DNA of 64,000 bases from a virus, in the IMG/VR virus record IMGVR_UViG_2706796514_000001, positions 65,960 through 129,959 of that record, one strand, 5' to 3'. A program made the position numbers and the translations under genes. Shown here in pieces: positions 56,182-64,000 of this stretch. Position 1 is the stretch's first letter. Each line of letters starts with the position of its first letter. The notes beneath the pieces were generated by a model. That model was not told the origin of the DNA, ran no database searches, and was given only the letters and a program-made list of their open reading frames with translations.

Positions 56182-56330
56182 GTAATATTATGAGGGCTTC
56201 TTATAGTGCAACTGATCATTGCTCTGTGGTGTAAGCAGTAGAATCTATGCAATTCCTCAGATAGGTTTTACTTCCCTCATGATTCTTTTATTTGAGGATG
56301 GAGATTATAATTTATGAGGAATGATTATAT

Positions 56331-57620
56331 ATGTTAGACAATAAAGACAGTTTTACAGGTACGGAAATAGCAACCCCTAAAGAAGGTATACTTACAGTTA
56401 AATACTATCAGATAATACCTAAGAATAAAAGAAATAATAAGAATACAAAGAGGTATATTTGTGAGTGTTCAATATGCTCTTTAGATAAAGAACTCTGGCC
56501 TCTCGGGAGTATTAACGCACCCAAGTACAACTTAACTCACGGAAATATACCCTGCGGTTGTGCTGTCAATCCTAAATGGAAGGAGTTCCAATGGGAGGTT
56601 AAAGTAAAGAGGGAGACGGAGAAAAGAGGTTATATATTTAGTGGATGGGTTAACGGAGAGTTTAAAGGCGATAAAACTAAACTTCTAATGCACAACCCAG
56701 AAACAGGTAACACATGGAACACCCTTTCCGCAGGTAAGTTTATCGCAGGGCAAGGAGACCCTAAAACCAAACATCACTTAAAACAGAGAAAATCTGACCA
56801 ACACTACAGAGAGTTGTTTGAATCATCTGGTAAATTCCCAGAAGGTACTATTTTTGAAAGAGATAATATCAACAAAGATAAATTTGATTGTTACTCTTAT
56901 TTCAACGTAACCTGCCCTTTGTGTAAAGATGATATTTTTAGTAAAGCAGGGTTTCCTTACACATTTAGAGGTGCTTCTTCTAGTTTACGTACAGGCGCTA
57001 GACCGTGCAGATGTTACACAGGTTACTCCAAGAATATAGAAGAGCAGACTTTCTACTTAGATTACTTATGTAAAGATGAAGGTCACACGTCACTAGGTAT
57101 CACGGATGAATATAAAGGCGCTAAGTTTACAAAGTTCAATTGGTTATGTAAAGAAGGTCACGAAAATATAACCAACATTAATGATTTTACCACTAATGGA
57201 GTAAGATGCAGATCTTGCTACGACAACATACCTAGAACTCAAAATGGATACTATAAGGACAGGGTTGATGAGGATGATATGCTATATGTGCTTTTGTTCC
57301 ACAGACCAGAAGATTCTTTCATTAAGGTAGGTAGAAGTTTTGTTGTAACAAGAAGAGCTAGAGAGTTAGATTTAAAAGGGAAGTTCGGAGCTAATAGTGT
57401 GGATTGTCTTTTCATAATACAAGGTCGCCACGATGACATATGGCACTTAGAACAAGAGACTTTAGAGGTCTTTCGAGGGAAGTTTAGATTCTTCTGTATA
57501 GGGGAGCACAAGGGTGGCTCAGAATGCTTAAGCTGTGATTGTACAGAGCAAGTTATAGATTATATAGAAGAACGAGTAAATAAAGATAACACATTCTTTA
57601 TAACACAGGAGAGGAAATGA
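56331..57620 (+). CDS. free-standing homing endonuclease-like protein (repeated Cys modules, C-terminal GIY-YIG/T5orf172-like domain)
   Basis: CECSIC..CGC, CPLC..CRC and CRSC modules; C-terminal LYVLLF...FIKVGRS. Confidence 0.75.
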   Translation: MLDNKDSFTGTEIATPKEGILTVKYYQIIPKNKRNNKNTKRYICECSICSLDKELWPLGSINAPKYNLTHGNIPCGCAVNPKWKEFQWEVKVKRETEKRGYIFSGWVNGEFKGDKTKLLMHNPETGNTWNTLSAGKFIAGQGDPKTKHHLKQRKSDQHYRELFESSGKFPEGTIFERDNINKDKFDCYSYFNVTCPLCKDDIFSKAGFPYTFRGASSSLRTGARPCRCYTGYSKNIEEQTFYLDYLCKDEGHTSLGITDEYKGAKFTKFNWLCKEGHENITNINDFTTNGVRCRSCYDNIPRTQNGYYKDRVDEDDMLYVLLFHRPEDSFIKVGRSFVVTRRARELDLKGKFGANSVDCLFIIQGRHDDIWHLEQETLEVFRGKFRFFCIGEHKGGSECLSCDCTEQVIDYIEERVNKDNTFFITQERK

Positions 57621-59164
57621 GTTATACTAAAAGAGAGGATATTAAGCCTCAAAAAGGGAAACAATCCCTTGTTATGAAAATGATAAGAGACCAAGAAGTA
57701 GATTTCATGTTATGTGGAGGGGCACGTGCAGGGGGTAAGAGTGAGCTCTTATCTATGATGCCCTTACTTTTTGCACACGATAAACAATACCGTGGTATAT
57801 TCTTCCGTAAATCGTTCCAAGAAATTATGGGAGCTAATGGTCTTTGGCAAAAAGCTCAGAACATGTATGGATTCTTTGATGCCAAACCTAACAAGTCTTC
57901 TAAGACATGGCAATTCCCATCAGGAGCTATCCAAGAGTACGGGCACCTGTATAATGAAGGTGATGAAGAAAGCCACCGTGGTAAGGGTTACAGTTTAGTT
58001 GGTTTCGATGAGATAGACCAATTCTCACCAGATGCCGTGAGATTACTAATGACGTGTCTTCGTTCAGAAGCAGATATGAGTAGCTTCATGGTAGGGACTC
58101 TAAATCCCAACCCTGATTCTTGGTGCCTCCCCTTAGTGGAATGGTACCTAAATTCTGACGGATCTCCTAATGAAGAACGATGCGGTGTAGTTAGAAACTA
58201 CATAGTAAAAGATGGGGAGTTTGTATTCGGACCTGATGAGCAATTCTTTAAGGATAATTATCCAGAAGCAGTTTACGTACAAATGCCTAACTCTGACGAG
58301 GTAACTTACGTAAGACCTAAGAGATTTACTTATGTATTTTTCAATGTGTTCGATAATCCCGCGTTTTGCTCGATGAATCCCACGTACTTAACTGAACTTA
58401 ATAACCTACCTGATCATGAGAGAGCAACACAGCTCTTTGGGAACTGGTACGCAAGGGAAAAGGGAGACTCTTACTTTGTCAGGGAGTTTTTGAAAGAGGT
58501 AGATAGGGTACCTTCTAACGCAGTAACGGTGAGAGCTTGGGATAAAGCCTATTCCGACAATATTAAAGCTTCACCGGATTTCACTGCCAGTATTTGTATG
58601 AGTAAGTGTCCTGCGGGTAACTACTTCATAAGTGCAAATTTTGATGAAGAATTACATGACACTTTTAAAGAAGGTGAGGATGTAGTTTATGGTAGGTTCA
58701 GAAAGAAGGTCGGAGAAAGAGACCAATGGATGTTACAACAAGCTCACTATGATGGAGAAGAAGTAACGGTAGTAATACCCGCTGAGTCAGGAGCAGGTAA
58801 AGGGGAAGAAGAACAACTTAAGAAGATGTTTATAAACGAAGGTTTCCTTGTCAAGACAGTAAAAGTTGGTAATAGTGAAGGTAATAAGCTTAAGAAATTC
58901 TTAGTGTTCTGTTCAGCAGCAGAGAATGGTTTGGTACATATAGTAAAAGATTCTTTCCCTAATTATGCCACTTACAACGCCTATCTTAAAGAGCTAGAAC
59001 AGTTCACAGGAAAGAGATCGTCCCGTACTATGAAAGATGACTGGGTTGATGTTACATCCGATTGTTATGAGACTTTACGTAGAGATAACACCTTCCGAGC
59101 AATACCGCTGCCCACATTCTCAAACGATACAAAACTCTCCCAATACAGGAAATCCCTACGTTAA
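57617..59164 (+). CDS. terL: terminase large subunit
   Basis: Walker A GGARAGGKSE, Walker B VGFDEID, GTLNP, RAWDKA and C-terminal KDDWVD nuclease motif. Confidence 0.93.
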   Translation: MSYTKREDIKPQKGKQSLVMKMIRDQEVDFMLCGGARAGGKSELLSMMPLLFAHDKQYRGIFFRKSFQEIMGANGLWQKAQNMYGFFDAKPNKSSKTWQFPSGAIQEYGHLYNEGDEESHRGKGYSLVGFDEIDQFSPDAVRLLMTCLRSEADMSSFMVGTLNPNPDSWCLPLVEWYLNSDGSPNEERCGVVRNYIVKDGEFVFGPDEQFFKDNYPEAVYVQMPNSDEVTYVRPKRFTYVFFNVFDNPAFCSMNPTYLTELNNLPDHERATQLFGNWYAREKGDSYFVREFLKEVDRVPSNAVTVRAWDKAYSDNIKASPDFTASICMSKCPAGNYFISANFDEELHDTFKEGEDVVYGRFRKKVGERDQWMLQQAHYDGEEVTVVIPAESGAGKGEEEQLKKMFINEGFLVKTVKVGNSEGNKLKKFLVFCSAAENGLVHIVKDSFPNYATYNAYLKELEQFTGKRSSRTMKDDWVDVTSDCYETLRRDNTFRAIPLPTFSNDTKLSQYRKSLR

Positions 59165-59174
59165 AGATTACATC

Positions 59175-59203
59175 TTTACAAAAGGAGCATCTTCCGCTAT
59201 AAT
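59175..59203 (+). promoter_or_regulatory. sigma70-type promoter upstream of the portal gene
   Basis: TTTACA-17-TATAAT. Confidence 0.7.
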
Positions 59204-59270
59204 ATAACATTATAGAATACAAACATTCAGGCTGTGCATCTCATAGCCTATATTATAAAGGAGAATTATT

Positions 59271-61159
59271 TTGGATGATGAATCTAATGTAGAAGGAAAC
59301 TCTACTAATGATACTAAGAAATCTCCATCTGATACACGAGAAAAACGCACAGCCAAAACACAGAAGTCTACTCCTGCTATAGATGTTATCAAGCACATAA
59401 CAAACATTATTAAGCCGTATGAACTCAAGCAGCAGAATAGGTTAAAAACTTTCCAAGCAATGCTAGACGATGATGCAGTTTACACGGCTTACAATGCTAC
59501 CTGTGTTAAGATTGAAAACGCCTATGGTAAATATGAAATTACTCATAAGATAGGAAGTGACCGTTCTAAGCAAGCGGCTGAGTTCTTAAAGTGGAATCTA
59601 GCTAATCTTAACGGTCAGACTATGAAGCGTATAGCTCGTGCTGCAGCAGATATGAATCGTGATGGTGTGAGTCCTTTTGAGGAAGTGTACGAGAATGGTT
59701 ATGATGAATGGACTACTACTCCAGACGGTTTACCTATTTGGAAGTTGAAGAAATTATCTTACATTCACCCGTTAACTCTTGACCAGATGAGGCCTTACGA
59801 TACCAAGAATGGTGGTCGTGAAATTAAAGAGTTGCGGCAATCGGCATCTTCTTTACGTGATACTTATAGTTCTAAATCTTATATGAAAGAGAACAAAGAT
59901 GGTATCATACACATCCCTTTCAACAAGGTTGCTATTGCATCGTTAGCTGCTACAGATAGTACACCTTTTGGTAGAAGTCCTTTTGATTCATGTTATACAG
60001 CTTGGCGTGAGAAGGTTTTCCTGCAAGATGCAATGTTAACAGGTGTGAGTAAAGATTTCTCTGGTACGCCAGTTTTATACATCCCTTCTAACATACTAGC
60101 AGAAGCCTCAGCAGACCCTACTAGTGATAGTGGTGTTATGGTAGCACAACTTCAAGATGCAATGGCTGCAATGCATACAGGTGATCAGACCAATATGATT
60201 ATGCCATCGGATACTATCAATGAATCCAGTGGTACAGGTAATCGTAAGTTTGAGATAAGATTTTTGGGTTGACATACAAGCCCCTCTAAGTAGAAATACT
60301 TAGTAGCAAATACATTTAATTGCTGGAACCTCTCGTTAGGCCTAGTTTACAATACTACATAGTGATATAGTAGCGACCTGTAAAAATAACTAGGATAGAG
60401 ACAATCAGCAGCGAAGACTCTAGAAGCTATAGTGACTTGGTCACAGATAGAGTACCGTTCAACGACTATTCCTTATGGAAGTAGAACCAAGTGGTTCGAA
60501 ACAGTGTAAACCTTTAACAGAGGTTATGATATAGTCTAGGCTTCTATGGAGACATAGAGATGCAGGTAATGCTGCTGGCAAGAATTAACGACTCTTGTTG
60601 AATACAACCGATCGATGGATCAGGCAAGCAATGGGACTGTGATGCAATGATAGAACAACGTAAACGTGCTATCTTTAATGTATTCGGTGCAGCTCATCTC
60701 CTTGCAGGTGAAAACACTTCTGGTGGTTATAATCAACTGGAAGGCCAAACAAACATCCACTCTGAATTTGTAGAACGTGATTGTGATATTATTGATGACA
60801 TGTTCAACCAACAAATCATACCTAAGTTGTTCCGTTTGAATGAGTGGAATCTAACTAGTGATGAATTGCCTAAACTTAAGCATGGTGCCTTATCTGAGAT
60901 ATCATGGGATGAGTATGGTAAGATGGTACAGCGTGTAGGTACAGCAGGGTATCTCCCTCGTAATAGAGAGGTTGTTAACAGTGTACTTAAGAAGATGGAT
61001 ATCCCTTATGAAGTGCCAGAAGATATGAGTCAAGAAGATCTGTTTGAATTGTTAGGACAGATTACAAGTGCGGCTGGACGTGGAAACGGTACAAGTGGGA
61101 CCTCTAATAGTCAGGTCGGTGGAATATCGTCATCCTTGAATAGCGAGAACAAGGCATAG
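59271..61159 (+). CDS. portal protein, split by a group I intron (exons 59271-60269 and 60611-61159; about 515 aa spliced)
   Basis: splicing joins EIRFLG to IDGSGKQWDCDAMIEQRK in frame; lies between terL and the head protease. Confidence 0.9.
60270..60610 (+). ncRNA. ORF-less group I intron (341 nt, IA2-like)
   Basis: P1 GGGU/GCCC with U.G at the splice site; P AATTGCTGGAA, Q AATCAGCAG, R TTCAACGACTA, S ATGATATAGTCT; terminal G at 60610. Confidence 0.93.
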
Positions 61160-62370
61160 TGTTTATGGATACAAATGATGATTTTGTCGGGTACTCATAC
61201 ACTACCTTGAAAGGTTCTACCATAACTGTAGTAGGGAGGTCTTTAGAGAGACCTTCACACTACTACAGTAAGTGTTCCGTTTGTAATGAAGATGCCGAGT
61301 TATTCCCCGAATTATTCCTGAAAGATAAAAATACTTATAATAAAGAGAAAGTTTTCTGTGGCTGCGCTAACTATGCAATATCTTTAACACCAGAACAGTG
61401 GAAAGTAAAATGCCAAAGATCAGCAGAACAATTATCGGTAGAATTTTTAGGTTTTAAAGAGGAAGAAGTAAAATCAGAATCTTCTGTTATCTTTAAATGT
61501 AACAAAGGGCATGTATCCGACACAGTAAGAGTAGGTAACTTTGCTAAAGGAAAAGCGGCTTGTATAAAGTGCAGCCACGAGGTTATAGCAAAGAAAAACT
61601 CTATAAAGTGGGTAGGGGAGAAGGTAACAACTAAGTACGGGAATACTCTTACTATAGAAAAAGAGGAAGGTAAGCATCTTTATTTGTCCTGTGATATCTG
61701 CAGTAAAGATAAGGAACTTTATCCCAGCCTCTTCAGACTTCACAAGAGTGATTATAGAGTAGGTAAGGTTCCCTGTGGTTGCTCTGTATCTTCCAGAAGA
61801 ACAAAAGAACAATATAGAATACTTTGTAATAGATATTCCGAAGACACTTCGTATTCCTTTGTAGATTTTCACGGAGATTGGAAAGGTATCGACACCAAAA
61901 TTATTATGGACTGTCCTGAACACGGTACTTGGGATACATCTAATATAGATAAGTTATTGCTATCGGGTAGAGGTTGCCCTTCATGCGCAGCAGATAACTG
62001 TTACTGGGGTTTGTACAAAGGTAGGGAGCAGGAGGATGATTACCTCTACTACTTATTATTAAGCTCAGAGGATGAGTCCTTTATAAAGGTAGGTAGAAGC
62101 TTTTACCCTAACAGGCGTATAGGTAACTACAAAAGTGTCTACAATGTAGAGATACTTGCAGTAAAGAAGGCTACTCATCAGGAAGTTTTTGATGAAGAAT
62201 GTTTTATAAAGAAGACATTTAAAGATTCTAAGTACTCACCTAACAAACCTTTTGGCGGTAGCATAACAGAATGCTTTATTATAACACAGTTAGGACAGAT
62301 AAACACACATTTTGAAGGATGTTTTGATAGCGAAATCACACAACAATACAGAGATTTGACAAACTTATGA
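61159..62370 (+). CDS. free-standing homing endonuclease-like protein, paralogue of 56331-57620
   Basis: two CxxC..ELxP..CGC repeats; C-terminal LYYLLL...FIKVGRS...ITECF. Confidence 0.75.
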   Translation: MFMDTNDDFVGYSYTTLKGSTITVVGRSLERPSHYYSKCSVCNEDAELFPELFLKDKNTYNKEKVFCGCANYAISLTPEQWKVKCQRSAEQLSVEFLGFKEEEVKSESSVIFKCNKGHVSDTVRVGNFAKGKAACIKCSHEVIAKKNSIKWVGEKVTTKYGNTLTIEKEEGKHLYLSCDICSKDKELYPSLFRLHKSDYRVGKVPCGCSVSSRRTKEQYRILCNRYSEDTSYSFVDFHGDWKGIDTKIIMDCPEHGTWDTSNIDKLLLSGRGCPSCAADNCYWGLYKGREQEDDYLYYLLLSSEDESFIKVGRSFYPNRRIGNYKSVYNVEILAVKKATHQEVFDEECFIKKTFKDSKYSPNKPFGGSITECFIITQLGQINTHFEGCFDSEITQQYRDLTNL

Positions 62371-62384
62371 TAACGCTATATAAT
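62356..62384 (+). promoter_or_regulatory. consensus sigma70 promoter for the head genes
   Basis: TTGACA-17-TATAAT; shares TATAATAACACCTA with the promoter at 54179. Confidence 0.85.
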
Positions 62385-62425
62385 AACACCTACAAGAATA
62401 AGAAACAATAAATATTTTAAAGGAG

Positions 62426-63823
62426 ATGCTTATGGCTCACGAACTGAGTCGTTTAATCTCTTCTCTCAAAGATGAACCTCAACTATTACTTCCTCAAACA
62501 TATGAAAACTATTTGGACATATTGAATGACAGATCAGTAGATGTTTTAAAAGCCAACCAAGAAGCTAAGAAATTGGCGTTGGATAGTGGTATTAGTTTAG
62601 ATTCAAGAGAAGAACAGATTAGTGGGAATATCGGTATACTTAATATCGAAGGACCTTTAACTTATAAAAACTCAGGAATAGAGGCCCTCTGCGGAGGTTG
62701 TAACTATACTGACCTAGAAGCAGATGCAAAAAGCTTATTTGCAAACCCTCAAGTAGATACTGTAGTACAGATGATCAACTCTGGGGGCGGATCGGCCTTT
62801 GGCGCTTTTGTATTAGGCTCTCAGCTACGTCAATTAGCAGACCAATCTGGTAAACGCTTAATCACCTACGTAGATGGTATGTCAGCTTCTGCAGCCTATG
62901 CCCTAGGTTGTGCTTCCCACGAGATTGTTATGCATCCCGATGCTGAAGTTGGAAGTATAGGCGTTGTAGTACGTCTTGTCAACTCTAATGAAGCAGATAA
63001 GAAAGCAGGTATTGAAACTACTTATATTACCGCTGGTGATAGCAAAGTACCTTTCGATGCTAACGGAGAGTTCCGATCAGAATTTAAAGAAGACCTACAA
63101 TCTAAAGTAGATTCTTTATACTTAGACTTTATAAATCACGTAGCTACTATGCGTAACATATCACCTGATACTGTTATGGATACGGAAGCTAAGATGTTTA
63201 TGAAGGATAAAGCTATTGAGCTAGGTTTAGCTGATAAAGTTATGACTCCTACTCAATTCCAAGAATACTTGCAGGAGAGTATCTCAGTAAGTGCAACCAC
63301 CCAAACAAAAGCTCCAATTGCTTTTACTAACGATAAACAGGAAATTCAAATGTCAGATGCAAATCTAGATGTACAAGCATTGGCTGAACTTCAAGCTAAA
63401 TTAGAAGCTGCTAATAACTTAGTTGCTCAATTTGAAGCTAAAGAAGTTGAAGCTAAGAAAGCAGGTTTAGTGGCTTCACTAAGCACAGAGAATACTTTCC
63501 TAGAATCAGATACTGTTGAAGCACTAGCTTCTGTACTTTTATCTGGTGATGAGAAAGCTCAATCATTATTAACTTCTGTATTAGCACAAGCTAATGCGGG
63601 TATCACCTCTGTTGAAGCTAAAGCTGTAGAAGATATTGCTGCTGCACAACTAGCTACAGAAGAAGCATTGGCTGCTAAAGAAGCAATAAAAGCTGAATTC
63701 GGTGAAAAACAAGCTTCATCTCCAGATGCTCCAGTAGAAGCTGTAGTTGAAGATAAGAACGATATTATTGCTCAGAAAGTTGCTGCTAAAAAAGCTGCAC
63801 TAGCTGCTGCAAAAGCTCAATAA
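62426..63823 (+). CDS. S49-family prohead protease with a C-terminal scaffold-like region
   Basis: INSGGGS, DGMSASAAYALG, VGSIGV and AIELGLAD; Ala/Glu-rich helical tail. Confidence 0.9.
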   Translation: MLMAHELSRLISSLKDEPQLLLPQTYENYLDILNDRSVDVLKANQEAKKLALDSGISLDSREEQISGNIGILNIEGPLTYKNSGIEALCGGCNYTDLEADAKSLFANPQVDTVVQMINSGGGSAFGAFVLGSQLRQLADQSGKRLITYVDGMSASAAYALGCASHEIVMHPDAEVGSIGVVVRLVNSNEADKKAGIETTYITAGDSKVPFDANGEFRSEFKEDLQSKVDSLYLDFINHVATMRNISPDTVMDTEAKMFMKDKAIELGLADKVMTPTQFQEYLQESISVSATTQTKAPIAFTNDKQEIQMSDANLDVQALAELQAKLEAANNLVAQFEAKEVEAKKAGLVASLSTENTFLESDTVEALASVLLSGDEKAQSLLTSVLAQANAGITSVEAKAVEDIAAAQLATEEALAAKEAIKAEFGEKQASSPDAPVEAVVEDKNDIIAQKVAAKKAALAAAKAQ

Positions 63824-63855
63824 AAATTATAATTTAATTAAAGGAAAATATAGAA

Positions 63856-64000
63856 ATGGCTAATTTCGAACGTGAACAAGTTGTTTTAAACCGCTTAGAA
63901 AGCAAAGGTACAACTAATGACCTAACTGGTGATACAGTTATCGTAACTTGGACAGCAACTATGGCACATGGTTCATTGTTAGATGCTTCTGATGCAGAAG
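63856..64000 (+). CDS. head gene (probably decoration/stabilisation protein), partial
   Basis: MANFEREQVVLNRLES... open to the window end; function inferred from position only. Confidence 0.5.
   Translation, partial: MANFEREQVVLNRLESKGTTNDLTGDTVIVTWTATMAHGSLLDASDAE

Noticed and set aside
56190-56280. tRNA gene
   Set aside because: The length is tRNA-like, but there is no TTCRA loop, no 7-bp acceptor stem and no proper anticodon arm. No convincing tRNA was found anywhere in the window by eye.
59271-61159. Portal as two separate genes or a pseudogene
   Set aside because: The gap is a complete group I intron, and its removal restores one reading frame.
739-61923. Many ORF-track entries antisense to long genes (for example 739-975, 13931-14224, 31813-32304, 37671-38039, 55301-55513, 61474-61923)
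   Set aside because: They are shadow frames of well-supported genes, without SD or recognisable motifs.
1-64000. Integron integrase or other tyrosine recombinase
   Set aside because: No ORF in the window shows the R-H-R-Y catalytic pattern or IntI size and motifs. An attI site could not be identified either.

Overview
This window is about 64 kb of an AT-rich, lytic-type tailed dsDNA phage genome. The host is probably a Gammaproteobacterium, inferred from near-consensus sigma70 promoters, an RdgC-like gene and short integron attC sites. Positions 1-37.3 kb are mostly a minus-strand arm of DNA-metabolism and small genes: adenine MTase, phosphatase, ClpP-like protease, PhoH, GH108 endolysin, nrdA, an nrdB-glutaredoxin fusion, DHFR, ThyA, endonuclease VII, RuvC-like resolvase, exonucleases, HNH endonucleases and ATP-dependent ligase. 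Positions 37.5-43.3 kb hold a tailspike and holin-like genes. From 43.4 kb the genes are on the plus strand: early and regulatory genes, a polymerase-like ORF, a helicase, then terminase, portal, S49 head protease and the start of the next head gene. Three things stand out. (1) At 9.96-12.03 kb there is an array of four canonical integron attC sites, inserted at the predicted transcription start of a phage promoter. Two of its cassettes share nearly identical flanks but carry different convergent ORF pairs, each overlapping by exactly 59 bp. (2) At 53.3-53.75 kb there is a structured RNA whose group I intron elements appear in circularly permuted order, which would predict an 87-nt circular RNA. 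(3) An ORF-less group I intron splits the portal gene, and the terminase-portal pair is flanked by two paralogous free-standing endonucleases. No tRNA, CRISPR array or integrase was seen. All structure calls were made by eye and none was computed.
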